64,000 bases of DNA, from positions 55,346-119,345 of the forward strand of contig CAVYHB010000003.1 in assembly GCA_963768205.1 (NCBI GenBank). Reading direction: 5' to 3'. Both the position numbers and the translations under genes were made by a program. The stretch comes from an uncultured Alphaproteobacteria bacterium (GTDB lineage: Bacteria; Pseudomonadota; Alphaproteobacteria; Rhodobacterales; Rhodobacteraceae). Shown here piece by piece: positions 45,413 to 55,522 of the stretch; positions within the stretch are counted from its first letter, which is position 1, and every line of letters begins with the position of its first letter. Below the pieces are notes generated by a model. It was not told where the DNA came from and made no database searches. It worked only from the letters and a program-made list of their open reading frames with translations.

Positions 45413-46648
45413 ATCATGGTCATGAGTCTGAACAAAAAGTTAGCGATTCTGTCGGATGCCGCCCGCTACGACGCCTCCTGCGCGTCCTCCGGCACCACCC
45501 GGCGCGACAGCCGCGACGGCAAGGGGCTGGGCTCGACCGAGGGCTCAGGCATCTGCCACGCCTATGCGCCCGACGGGCGCTGCATCAGCCTGCTGAAGAT
45601 CCTGATGACGAACTTCTGCATCTACGACTGCGCCTATTGCGTGAATCGCGTCTCCTCCAACACCCCCCGCGCGCGGTTCAGCGTCGAGGAGGTCGTCCAC
45701 CTCACCACCGAATTCTACCGCCGCAACTATATCGAGGGGCTGTTCCTGTCCTCCGGCATCATCCGCTCGCCCGACAAGACCATGGAAGACATGGTCAACA
45801 TCGCCCGCACCCTGCGGACGCGTGAGAATTTCCGCGGCTACATCCACCTGAAAACCATCCCCGACGCCGCCCCCGACCTGATCGAACAGGCCGGCCTCTA
45901 CGCCGACCGCCTGTCGATCAATGTCGAACTGCCGACCGACATGGCGGTAAAGGCCTATGCTCCCGAAAAGAACCCCGGCACGATCCGCGCCGCCATGGGC
46001 GACGTAAAGGCGCGCCGCACGGTGGCTAAGGACCGCAGCCACACCGGCAAGCGCCCGCCGAAATTCGCCCCCGCCGGCCAGTCGACGCAAATGATCGTCG
46101 GCGCCGACGGCTCGAACGACGCCACGATCCTCGGCCAGGCGACCCGGCTTTACGGCGATTACGGGTTGAAGCGCGTTTACTATTCGGCCTTCTCGCCGAT
46201 CCCCGACGCCAGCGCCAAACTGCCGCTGATCAAGCCGCCGCTGGCGCGCGAGCACCGGCTTTACCAGGCCGACTGGCTGCTGCGCTTCTACGGCTTCGAT
46301 GTGGACGAGATCACCGGGGTCGCGACAGGCGGCAACCTCGACCTCGACATCGATCCGAAACTCGCCTGGGCCCTCGCCCACCGGGCGCTGTTCCCGCTGG
46401 ACGTGCAGCGCGCCGACCGCGAGATGCTGCTGCGCGTGCCGGGGTTCGGCACGCGCACCGTGGGGCGGATCCTGGCCACCCGGCGGCAGCGGACCCTGCG
46501 CTACGAGGATCTGCAGCGGATGGGCGCGGCGCTGAAAAAGGCGCGGCCCTTCATCACGGTGCGCGGCTGGACACCCGGGGCGCTGACCGACAGCGCCGAC
46601 TTGCGCGCCCGCTTCGCACCGCCGGCGGAGCAACTGACGCTCTTTTGA
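45404..46648 (+). CDS. Putative DNA modification/repair radical SAM protein (TIGR03916-like).
   Basis: The protein carries AILSDAARYDASCASSG, the radical SAM cluster motif CIYDCAYC, and the helix-hairpin-helix-like tail LLRVPGFGTRTVGRIL. The true start is probably ATG 45416 or 45422, downstream of the SOS box. Confidence 0.85.
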   Translation: MMNIMVMSLNKKLAILSDAARYDASCASSGTTRRDSRDGKGLGSTEGSGICHAYAPDGRCISLLKILMTNFCIYDCAYCVNRVSSNTPRARFSVEEVVHLTTEFYRRNYIEGLFLSSGIIRSPDKTMEDMVNIARTLRTRENFRGYIHLKTIPDAAPDLIEQAGLYADRLSINVELPTDMAVKAYAPEKNPGTIRAAMGDVKARRTVAKDRSHTGKRPPKFAPAGQSTQMIVGADGSNDATILGQATRLYGDYGLKRVYYSAFSPIPDASAKLPLIKPPLAREHRLYQADWLLRFYGFDVDEITGVATGGNLDLDIDPKLAWALAHRALFPLDVQRADREMLLRVPGFGTRTVGRILATRRQRTLRYEDLQRMGAALKKARPFITVRGWTPGALTDSADLRARFAPPAEQLTLF

Positions 46649-48156
46649 TGGAAACGGTCAACCTGCCCCGGATCGGCACCGAAAGTGCCTGGCGCGATGC
46701 GGCGCGCGGCCTGATGCACCGCGCGGTGCCGCCGGAGCATGTGCTTTGGATGTTCGCAGAGAATTCGACGGACGATCTTTTCTCTTGCCCGGTTCGCGCA
46801 GCGGACCGGGCCGCACCCGCCCGCCCCCCAGACGGGGGCGATTGCGCCCCCTCGGGCGGACCCGGCCCTCTGTACCGAAGTCGTTTCTCGATCTCGCGGA
46901 AACCGTCGTCTGGCACGCCGATCCCGAACGGTTCGCCCGGCTTTACGCCTTTCTCTGGCGGCTGCAGGACACGCCCCGCCTGATGGCTGACCGCGGAGAC
47001 GCCGACCTGGCGCGGTTGCGGCTGATGGAAAAGAACGTCCGCCGCTGCGCGCACAAGATGAAGGCCTTCGTGCGGTTTCGCGATGTCGGCCAGCAGGACG
47101 GGCGCCGCCAGTTCGCCGCCTGGTTCGAGCCGACGCATCACACCGTCGAGCCCACCGCGCCTTTCTTCACCCGCCGCTTCGCCGACATGGACTGGATCAT
47201 CGCGACACCTGACGTCACGGCGCGGTTCGAAAACGGCCGTCTGTCGCTGGAGGACGGACACCCGAAACCCGACTTGCCCGAGGACAGCGCAGAGCAGCTT
47301 TGGGGCACCTATTTCCGCAACATCTTCAATCCCGCACGGCTGAAGGTGCAGGCGATGACCTCTGAAATGCCGCGCAAATACTGGAAGAACATGCCCGAGG
47401 CGCGGCACATCCCGCAGCTTATCGCCGGGGCCGAGGCCCGCGCCCGCGAGATGCAGCTTGCCGCCCCGACCCTGCCACCAGTGCGCGCGGAAAAGATCCT
47501 GCAGCGCGCTCAGGCGACGCAAGGATGTGCCGTGCCGGAGACCCTGGACAATTTGGCGCGCGGCCTGCGCGGCTGCACCCGCTGCCCGCTTTACCGCGAT
47601 GCCAGGCAGGCGGTGCCGGGCGAAGGGCCGCCGGACGCCCGGCTGATGATCGTGGGCGAGCAGCCGGGGGATCAGGAAGACCAGCAGGGCCGGCCGTTCG
47701 TCGGGCCCGCCGGCCAGCTTTTCGACCGGGTAGCGCGGGAGGCGGGGCTCGACCGGCGGGCGGCCTATGTCACCAATGCGGTGAAGCATTTCAAGTTTCG
47801 CAGCGCAGGGCAAGCGCCGCCTGCACCAGCCGCCGAACCGCACCGAGATCGAGCATTGCAAATGGTGGCTGGAGGCCGAGATCGAGCTGGTGAAACCGGA
47901 TCTGATCCTGGCGATGGGAGCGACGGCCCTGCAAAGCCTGACGGGCAGCCGCGAGGGGTTGCTGAAGCGGCGCGGCCAGATCGAGGCGACCGGGTACGGC
48001 CCGGTCTTCATAACGGTGCATCCCAGCTATCTGCTGCGGCTGCCGACGGCGGAATTGCGCGACGCGGAAACCGCAAAGTTCCGGGCCGATCTGTCACGGG
48101 TATCGGATTCTGTTGGCAGCCTGAGAACGCCTCTCGCAAGATGCAGAATTTTCTAG
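46645..48156 (+). pseudogene. DUF4130 domain fused to a family-4-like uracil-DNA glycosylase superfamily domain (TIGR03915/TIGR03914-like); 2 frameshifts (46.75-46.87 kb and ~47808).
   Basis: The start overlaps the radical SAM stop (ATGA). The DUF4130 part reads ERFARLYAFLWRL...HKMKAFVRFR...FAAWFEPTHH. The UDG part reads CTRCPLY...PGEGPPDARLMIVGEQPGDQED..GRPFVGPAGQL...YVTNAVKHFKF, then GKRRLHQPPNRTEIEHCKWWL...ILAMGATA...FITVHPSYLLR in ORF 47890..48156. Confidence 0.8.
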
Positions 48157-48196
48157 AAAATTCTGGCCCGTGGAAAAATTTTCCAGAAAATTTTTC
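48144..48196. repeat. Cluster of three AT-rich palindromes between the convergent UDG-like and rpsD genes.
   Basis: The first is CAGAATTTTCTAGAAAATTCTG (48144-48165), a perfect 22-bp palindrome that contains the UDG stop TAG. The second is TGGAAAA-A-TTTTCCA (48171-48185). The third is GAAAA-T-TTTTC (48186-48196). Confidence 0.85.
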
Positions 48197-48215
48197 GCCC
48201 CGCCGCACCGACATG

Positions 48216-48240
48216 AAAAAGCCGCGCCCAAAGGCGCGGC
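48216..48240 (-). terminator. Rho-independent terminator of rpsD.
   Basis: The minus strand reads GCCGCGCC-TTTG-GGCGCGGC followed by TTTTT, about 28 nt after the rpsD stop. Confidence 0.8.
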
Positions 48241-48267
48241 CCGTGCAATGTCGGATGAGAAACCCGA

Positions 48268-48889
48268 TCAGTTCTTGGCGTAGAATTCGACGACCAGGTT
48301 CGGCTCCATCACCACCGGGTAGGGCACGTCGCCCAACGTCGGAGTGCGGGTGAAGGTGGCGGTCATCTTGTTGCCGTCGACGTCCAGGTAGTCGGGCACG
48401 TCACGCTCGGCCAGGCCTTGCGGCTTCCAGCACGATGGCCAGTTGCTTGGACCGGTCGCGGATCTCGATCACGTCGCCTTCCTTGACGCGGTAGCAGGGG
48501 ATGTTGACCCGCTTGCCGTTCACCGTGACATGGCCGTGGTTCACGAACTGGCGCGCGGCGAACATGGTCGGCACGAACTTGGCGCGGTAGACCACCGCGT
48601 CGAGGCGGCGCTCCAGCAGGCCGATCAGGTTCTCGCCGGTGTCGCCGCGGACCCGCTCGGCCTCGGCATAGATGCGGCGGAACTGCTTTTCGGTCAGGTC
48701 GCCGTAATAGCCCTTCAGCTTCTGCTTGGCGCGCAGCTGGATGCCGAAGTCGGACAGCTTGCCCTTGCGGCGCTGGCCGTGCTGGCCGGGGCCGTAGTCG
48801 CGGCGGTTGACCGGGGATTTCGGACGACCCCAGATGTTCTCGCCCATCCGGCGGTCGAGCTTGTACTTGGCAGAGGTGCGTTTGGTCAC
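48268..48889 (-). pseudogene. rpsD: 30S ribosomal protein S4; one indel near 48420.
   Basis: A GTG start at 48889 follows GAAGGAG. The protein begins [37 protein letters not shown]. The C-terminus [46 protein letters not shown] lies in a second frame. The length is 622 nt. Confidence 0.95.
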
Positions 48890-49049
48890 CGTCTGATCTC
48901 CTTCGTTCAGGTTTCGAAGGGCGTTGTCCTCTCTCCGGATTTGGCCGGAGCGACAGGGATCCCCTTGCGGGGGCCACCAACACCAACAAATGCATGCCCC
49001 GGCCATCGCTGACCGGGACGGGGGGCTTATACGCCGCGAATCCCGGGTG

Positions 49050-50111
49050 TCAATGCCGGTAGCGCAGGATCGCCGCCTCGGAGGTGGTCAGGGCGCGGCG
49101 CGCATAGGCGCCGTAGACGCTGGGATCGGCGTCGATACCGGGCACACAATCCAGCAGGGCGTCGCGCTGATCGGGCTGCACGTCGCCCAGCGGCATCGAG
49201 GCCGGGTGGAATGTCTCGGTCTCCAGCCCGTTGGCAAAGACGACCTGGTGCCGGTCGAGCAGCAGGTGGACATAGGTGATCTCGCTCACGCTGCGGTCGA
49301 CCATGATCGTGCGGTCGTTGATCAGGTCGCGCGCCATGACCAGCACCTCGGTCGTGTTGAACAACGTCAGCGCCTGGGCGCCCTTTACCAGCAACCGGTG
49401 CCGGGGCGAGACCAGCAGGTCGCCGTCGGGCATGTCGATCCCCATCGCCCCGCTGCGAATGCGGATCGGGCGCAGTTCCGGCATCGCCACGAACCGCGCG
49501 CCGCTCATCCTGCGGCGGCCGATCCAGCGGATCTGCTGCGGTCCGTCGTCCTTGGTCAGGACCAGGTCGTCCTCTTGCAGGTCGCGGACCAGCCGGGGGC
49601 CGTCGGGCGTGGCGATCCGGGTGTCCGGGGTGAAGCAGATGACCGAGGGCACGGCGTCGCCGGTCCGGTTCAGGTGGACCACGTGGTCGGTCACATGAGT
49701 CACCCACAGATCGACCCCGGCGGGCGGCATCTGGTCGAGGAACATGACCAGCGGCGGCCTTCCGTCGGACACGTCGATCAGGGTGGCGGTGTAGCGGTGC
49801 AGCCCGTCGGTGACGGCAAACCCGGTATCGAGGACCGGGTCATCCGGATCGGGGATGTTGGCAAGCGGACCGTATCCGACAGAATCGCCCAAAAGGCGGC
49901 GCACCGCCTTGGACGCGTGCGCCCTCAGGTTCGCCGTCTCCTCGGAATGGCCCAGGACCAGAACGCTGTTGGGGCCATCCATGCGCACGGTCTCTCCGGA
50001 CCATTGCCACGTCGCCCCGACGATCAACGCGTCAAGCGGCGCTGCCGCAAGACCGTCCAGTTCCGTCTGTGACCAAGAGATGACAAACGTGCCACGAAAG
50101 CCCGTCATCAT
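49050..50111 (-). CDS. Hint (hedgehog/intein-like) domain protein with an unrecognised N-terminal domain of about 155 aa.
   Basis: Intact 353-aa ORF reading [43 protein letters not shown]...SPRHRLLV...[20 protein letters not shown], the Hint_2-type pattern common in Rhodobacterales. Confidence 0.75.
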   Translation of the reverse strand: MMTGFRGTFVISWSQTELDGLAAAPLDALIVGATWQWSGETVRMDGPNSVLVLGHSEETANLRAHASKAVRRLLGDSVGYGPLANIPDPDDPVLDTGFAVTDGLHRYTATLIDVSDGRPPLVMFLDQMPPAGVDLWVTHVTDHVVHLNRTGDAVPSVICFTPDTRIATPDGPRLVRDLQEDDLVLTKDDGPQQIRWIGRRRMSGARFVAMPELRPIRIRSGAMGIDMPDGDLLVSPRHRLLVKGAQALTLFNTTEVLVMARDLINDRTIMVDRSVSEITYVHLLLDRHQVVFANGLETETFHPASMPLGDVQPDQRDALLDCVPGIDADPSVYGAYARRALTTSEAAILRYRH

Positions 50112-50197
50112 GCCTCAATGCCTGCCGTCTTCTTTTTATTAACAGGACGCTAGCACGGCCTGTGGATATTGTTAATACTTTGGTAACAAATTTCGGT

Positions 50198-51114
50198 TCA
50201 GAAGCGGATTTGCAACCGCACCGAACCGATGACCTGCGCCTCGGGCTGCGCCTCGAACTCTCGCCCAGCTAGGTCAGGCCGTAGAACACCGAGGATTTTT
50301 CGCCCTGCCAATGCACGCCCGCCCGCACCCGCTGGCGGCTGTCGGTCAGCTGGTAGCCATTGTAGGCGGGCAGGTAGATGCTGTGTTCCACATGGGCGAT
50401 ATCGGCCCCCAGCACGAAGGCAAGCCCGGTCGCATCGCCGCGCGTGCCGCGATTGCGGTGCCCGGTCGCCACGTCGCGCAGCATCAGCTCGCCATTGCCG
50501 ACCTGCCCGAACCGGATGTCGCCGCCCAGCCGTACCAGCGTCTCGGCCCCGGCGCGAACCTCGACAAAGGGCCGGACCTCGACATTCGGAGTGATCCGGA
50601 ACGGACGTCCCGCCTCGACAGAGCCGGTGGGGTGAAAGCCGTTGCCGATCTGATCTTCGAGCACATTCGGCATCGGCGCGCCGAAAAGCTTGTGGATTTC
50701 CCTTTGAAAATCGCCGATTCCGGTCTGCGGCCCGGTCACGACCATGTCGGCGCCCAGGCTGATCTCGGTGCCCCTGCGCTGGAAATGGGTATGTACGCCG
50801 AACGACAGCGCGCCGACATAGCGCCGGTCGCCGGGCGCAGGGGCCGAGATATTGTCGGGCGCGATGATGTCCGAGCGGAAGCGATACTCGATGATCTCGC
50901 CCGCGCGTTCGGGCCGCGCGCCGTCCCAGCCGAAGCCGGTTACCTTGCTGACGAAATACGACCCGGTCCGCCAGCGGTCCGAATTGTCGCCAAGGTAATC
51001 GTTGGTGAAGAGCCGCCCCCAGCCCAGCGTCTCGCGCCCCTGGGACTGCGCCTGTGGCACGCAAAGCAGCAAGAAGGCGGTGAACCCGGCCAGGAGGAAT
51101 CGCGTCATTGGCAC
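50198..51114 (-). pseudogene. Outer-membrane LpxR/DUF2219-like protein (putative lipid A deacylase family); frameshift near 50275.
   Basis: The signal peptide is MPMTRFLLAGFTAFLLLCVPQAQS, followed by FTNDYLGDNSDRWRTGSY. The beta-barrel-like C-terminus REFEAQPEAQVIGSVRLQIRF lies in ORF 50198..51064. The family assignment is from memory. Confidence 0.5.
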
Positions 51115-51212
51115 CCCGAACGTCTGTACGCCCCCCAGCGTGCAGTCATCATATCGGGAGCGGCCGAAGCGAGACAGCGGAAAAGGTCAGAGGATCGCGA
51201 TTTCGTGGCGCA

Positions 51213-53517
51213 TCAGCCACATTTCGAATAGCCGCAGTTGCCGCAGGTCATGCAGCCTTCGATCATCCGCATCTCGAAGCTGCCGCAGGACGAACAGGCC
51301 GCCCCGCGTCCGCCGAGATTGACCACCTCGGCCTGCGGGATCGGATTTCAGCCCCATCCCCTCGCCGTCGATGAAACCGATGGCGATCAGGTGCCGCTCG
51401 ATCACGCCGCCGATGGCCGCCAGGATCGCTGGGGATGTACTTGCCCTGCATCCAGGCCCCGCCGCGCGGATCGAACACCGCCTTCAGTTCCTCGACCACG
51501 AAGGACACGTCGCCGCCGCGCCGGAACACCGCCGAGATCATCCGGGTCAGCGCCACGGTCCAGGCGAAATGCTCCATGTTCTTGGAGTTGATGAAGATCT
51601 CGAACGGCCGCCGCTGCCCGCCGACCATGATGATCGTTGATGGTGATGTAGATCGCATGTTCGCTGTCGGGCCATTTCAGCTTGTAGGTATTGCCCTCCA
51701 GCTGCTGCGGCCGGTCCAGCGGTTCGGACATGTAGACGACATCGCCATGCGGCATCGCGCGGTTCGGCGGGCTCATGTGCGACGACTTCGGGCGCGCCTC
51801 GTCCGTCTTCTTCTCTCGGAAACACTCAGAACCGATCCGGTCACATCGTTCGGCCGGTAGGTCGTGCAGCCCTTGCAGCCCTGGTCCCAGGCCGCCATGT
51901 AGACGTCCTTGAACGCCTCGAAGGAGATATCCTCGGGGCAGTTGATCGTCTTGGAAATCGACGAATCCACCCATTTCTGCGCCGCCGCCTGCATCCGCAC
52001 ATGGTCCAGCGGCGCCAGCGTCTGGGCGTTGACGAAATGCTCCGGCAGCTCGGCGTCGCCGAACTTTTCGCGCCACATCTGCACGGCGTAGTCGACCACC
52101 TCTTCCTCGGTGCGGTGCCGTCCTTCTGCAGCACCTTGCGGGTGTAGGCATAGGCAAAGACCGGCTCGATCCCCGACGACACGTTGCCCGGCGTAAAGCG
52201 AGATCGTCCCGGTCGGCGCGATCGAGGTCAGCAGCGCGTTGCGGATGCCGTGCTCGGCGATGGCCTCGCGCACGTCCGCGTCCATGTGCGTCAGCGACCC
52301 GCTCGCCAGGTAGGGCTCGGCATCGAACAGCGGAAACGCCCCCTTTTCCTTCGCCAGATCGCACCGAGGCCAGATAGGCGGCGCGGGCGATGCGCGTGCA
52401 GCCAGTGCTCGGTCTGACGCGCCGCCTCCTCCGAGCCATAGCGCAGGCCCACCATCAGCAGCGCATCGGCCAGCCCGGTCACGCCCAGCCCGATCCGCCG
52501 CTTGGCCTGCGCCTCCTCGGCCTGCTGCGGCAGCGGAAAGCGCGAGGCGTCGACAACGTTGTCCATCATCCGCACGGCGACGGCGACCAGATCGGCCAGC
52601 GCCGCCTCGTCGATGCCCGGCGCCGTCCTCGAACGGCCGATCCACCAGCCGCGCCAGGTTGATCGAGCCCAGCAGGCAGGCGCCATAGGGCGGCAGCGGC
52701 TGTTCGCCGCAGGGATTGGTCGCGGCGATCGTCTCGCAGTAGGTCAGGTTGTTCAGCCGCGTTGATCCGGTCGATGAAGATCACGCCCGGCTCGGCATAA
52801 TCATAGGTCGCGCGCATGATCCGGTTCCACAGATCGCGCGCCTGAACCGTGCGGTAGACCTTGTCCGTCGAAGACCAGATCCCACGATCCGTCCGCCTTC
52901 ACCGCCGTCCATGAACGCATCGGTCACCAGCACCGAGACGTTGAACATGCGCAGCCGCGCCGGGTCGGACTTGGCCGCGATGAACTCCTCGATATCCGGG
53001 ATGATCGCAGCGCATCGTCGCCATCATCGCGCCGCGGCGCGCTGCCGGCCGACATGATCGTGCGGCACATCGCGTCCCAGACATCCATGAACGAAAGCGG
53101 CCCGCACGCATCCGCCGCCACGCCCTTCACCTCCGCGCCCTTGGGCCGGATGGTCGAAAAATCGTAGCCGATGCCGCCGCCCTGCTGCATGGTCAGCGCG
53201 GCCTCCTTCAGCCCCTCGAAGATGCCGCCCATGCTGTCGGGGATCGTGCCCATGACGAAGCAGTTGAACAGCGTCACCGACCGCGCCGTGCCGGCCCCGG
53301 CCGTGATCCGGCCCGCCGGCAGGAACCTGAAATCCTCAAGCGCGTCGTAGAACCGGTCTTCCCAGTCGCCGGGCGTGTCCTCGACCTTTGCCAGCGCGCG
53401 GGCGATGCGTCGCCAGGTATCCTCGACCGTCTCGTCCACCGGGGTGCCGTCGGCCTGCTTCAGCCGGTACTTCATGTCCCAGATCTGTTCGGCGATGGGG
53501 GCGGCGAAACGGGTCAT
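51213..53517 (-). pseudogene. nrdJ: Adenosylcobalamin-dependent (class II) ribonucleotide reductase; at least 10 frameshifts.
   Basis: The N-terminus is MTRFAAPIAEQIWDMKYR. Conserved blocks are spread over all frames: TLFNCFV; GGGIGYDFSTIRPKG; RGAMMATLRCDHP-like; [17 protein letters not shown]; KRRIGLGVTGLADAL; TSIAPTGTISL; SSGIEPVFA; SISKTINCPED; KGCTTYRPN; and PFEIFINSKN. The Cys-rich C-terminus is CSSCGSFEMRMIEGCMTCGNCGYSKCG-stop at 51213. Confidence 0.9.
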
Positions 53518-53669
53518 GCGGATGCGGTTCCAATCGGCTGTGGGCAGGCTATCTAGGCTAGCGGCTGCGCAGCGACGGACCAATCCAAAAGCGACGGATA
53601 CAAGGTTTTGTCGGTGGCTGTGGCCGAATCGGCGCAGGGGTTTTACACTACCACATGTAGGGGGAACGA

Positions 53670-54101
53670 TTGAAGAACAAACTGCATCTGGTCAAGTTGT
53701 CGGTAGGCACCGAAAGCGTCGAAAGCCTGGAGGACTGGCACCGCAATCCGCGGTCGCAGGGCCCCGACGGGCTGCCGCGCCATGTCACGCGGATGTGGCC
53801 GAAACGCGCGGCGGAATTGCTGGACGGCGGCAGCATCTACTGGGTGATCAAGGGTATTGTCCTCTGCCGCCAGCGCATCCTGCGGCTGGACGAAGTGACG
53901 CGCGGCGACGGCATCCGCCGCTGCGCCATCGTGCTGGACCCGAAGCTGGTGCGCGTCGCCGCCACGCCGAAGCGGCCGTTCCAGGGCTGGCGCTACCTGC
54001 CCGGTGCCGAGGCGCCGCCCGACCTGCGCGGAGCCCGCGCGTCCGAGGATGAATTGCCGCCCGACCTGAATGCCGCCCTGGCCGAGATCGGCGTGCTCTA
54101 G
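53670..54101 (+). CDS. DUF1489 family protein.
   Basis: A TTG start follows AGGGGGA. The 143-aa protein reads KLHLVKLSVGTESVESLEDW...GGSIYWVIKG, as in alphaproteobacterial DUF1489. Confidence 0.65.
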   Translation: MKNKLHLVKLSVGTESVESLEDWHRNPRSQGPDGLPRHVTRMWPKRAAELLDGGSIYWVIKGIVLCRQRILRLDEVTRGDGIRRCAIVLDPKLVRVAATPKRPFQGWRYLPGAEAPPDLRGARASEDELPPDLNAALAEIGVL

Positions 54102-54118
54102 GGACATCGGAGACGCCC

Positions 54119-54833
54119 GTGTCGATCCTGCTGGAAATCTGCGTCGACACCATCGAGGGCGCCCGTGCCGCCTGCCGCGGCGGGGCGGGACGCAGTCGAA
54201 TTGTGTTCGGCGCTGTCAGAAGGCGGCCTGACGCCCTCGGTCGGCCTGATGCGCGCTGCCGCAGACCTGCCGGTTCCGGTCCATGCGATGATCCGGCCGC
54301 GCGGCGGGCTGTTCCATTTCGCGTCCGAGGACGAAGCCATCATGCTGGCAGATATCGCCGCGGCGCGCGACGCCGGATTGGCGGGCGTGGTGCTGGGGGC
54401 GCAAGGCGCGGACGGGTCGCTGGAAATCGACTTGCTGGCCCGGTTATCGGATGCGGCAAACGGCATGGACCGGACCCTGCACCGGGTGATCGACGTGGTG
54501 CCCGATCCGCTGGCAGCACTCGAGCAGGCGATCGCGCTGGGGTTCGAACGGGTGCTGACCTCGGGCGCGAAGCCCGAGGCGCCGGATGGCACCGGCCTTA
54601 TCGCGAAGATGGTGGCGCGGGCGAACGGACGGATTTCGGTGATGCCCGGGTGCGGGTTGACGCCGCAGAATGTCGGCGCGGTGATCGCCGCGACCGGAGT
54701 GCGCGAGGTTCATGCCGCCTGTTCGCGCCCGGCGCCCGGCGACCGCGCATTTTCCGATTTCGACCCACCGGGCGGGCGGTATGGGACCTCGGAGGCGGAT
54801 GTGCGGGCGATGGTCGCGGCGATAAGGCGCTAG
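54119..54833 (+). pseudogene. cutC: Copper homeostasis protein CutC; one frameshift near 54185.
   Basis: The N-terminus is SILLEICVDTIEGARAA. It continues as VELCSALSEGGLTPS...VHAMIRPRGGLFHF...HRVID...RVLTSG...VMPGCGL in ORF 54165..54833. Confidence 0.88.
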
Positions 54834-55522
54834 ACGTTCAGCTTGCACATCAGGGCTGCCAGCGTCCCGCGTTCAGCGTCGTCCCAGCCGGCCGTGCGCG
54901 ACCGGAACAGTGTGGCCTGGCTTTGATGGATCAGCCCGTCGCCGAGGATCTTCAGGTGGTTGGCGCGCAGCGTCTCGCCGGTCGAGGTGATGTCGGCGAT
55001 GGCCTCGGCGGTCAGGTTGCGCACCGCGCCCTCGGTCGCGCCCTGGCTGTCGACCAGCACGTAATCGGCCACCTGGTCCTTGCAGGAACTCGCGCACCAG
55101 TCGGTGGTACTTGGTGGCGATGCGCATCCGCTGGCCATGCACCTTGCGGAACGCCGCAGCCGCCGCGTCGAGATCGTCCAGCGTGTCGACATCGACCCAG
55201 GCCTGCGGCACCGCGAGGATCAGGTCGGCCTGGCCGAAGCCAAGGCCGGTGATCTCTTCGACAGCGTTTTCCCAATGCGCCAGCTTCTCGTGCACCAGGT
55301 CCGATCCGGTGACACCGAGATGAATGCGGCCCGCATGCAGCTCACGCGGAATCTCGCCCGCCGAAAGCAGCACCAGCTCCACACCCTCGACGCCCGTCGA
55401 CCTGTCCCGCGTATTCGCGGCTCTGACCCGGCCAGCGACAGGCCGATGCCGCGCGCGCCGAACCAGTCAAAGGTCTTTTCCATCAGCCGCCCCTTCGACG
55501 GCACGCCCAGCTTGATCGTCAT
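54830..55522 (-). pseudogene. hisG: ATP phosphoribosyltransferase, short (HisZ-dependent) form; frameshifts near 55420 and 55085.
   Basis: The N-terminus is MTIKLGVPSKGRLMEKTFDWF. LLSAGEIPRELHAGRIHLGVTGSDLV and IATKYHRL follow, then LVDSQGATEGAVRNLTAEAIADITSTGETLRAN. The 231 codons are typical of short HisG. Confidence 0.9.

Noticed and set aside
53518-53669. I looked for NrdR boxes or a riboswitch in the nrdJ / DUF1489 divergent interval. The candidates were ACACTACCACATGTAG at 53645-53660 and ACAAGGTTTTGT at 53600-53611.
   Set aside because: The first matches only about half of the 16-bp NrdR palindrome consensus as I remember it. The second is not a true palindrome, and the spacing between them does not fit the usual tandem-box arrangement. 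I see no riboswitch-like conserved core.
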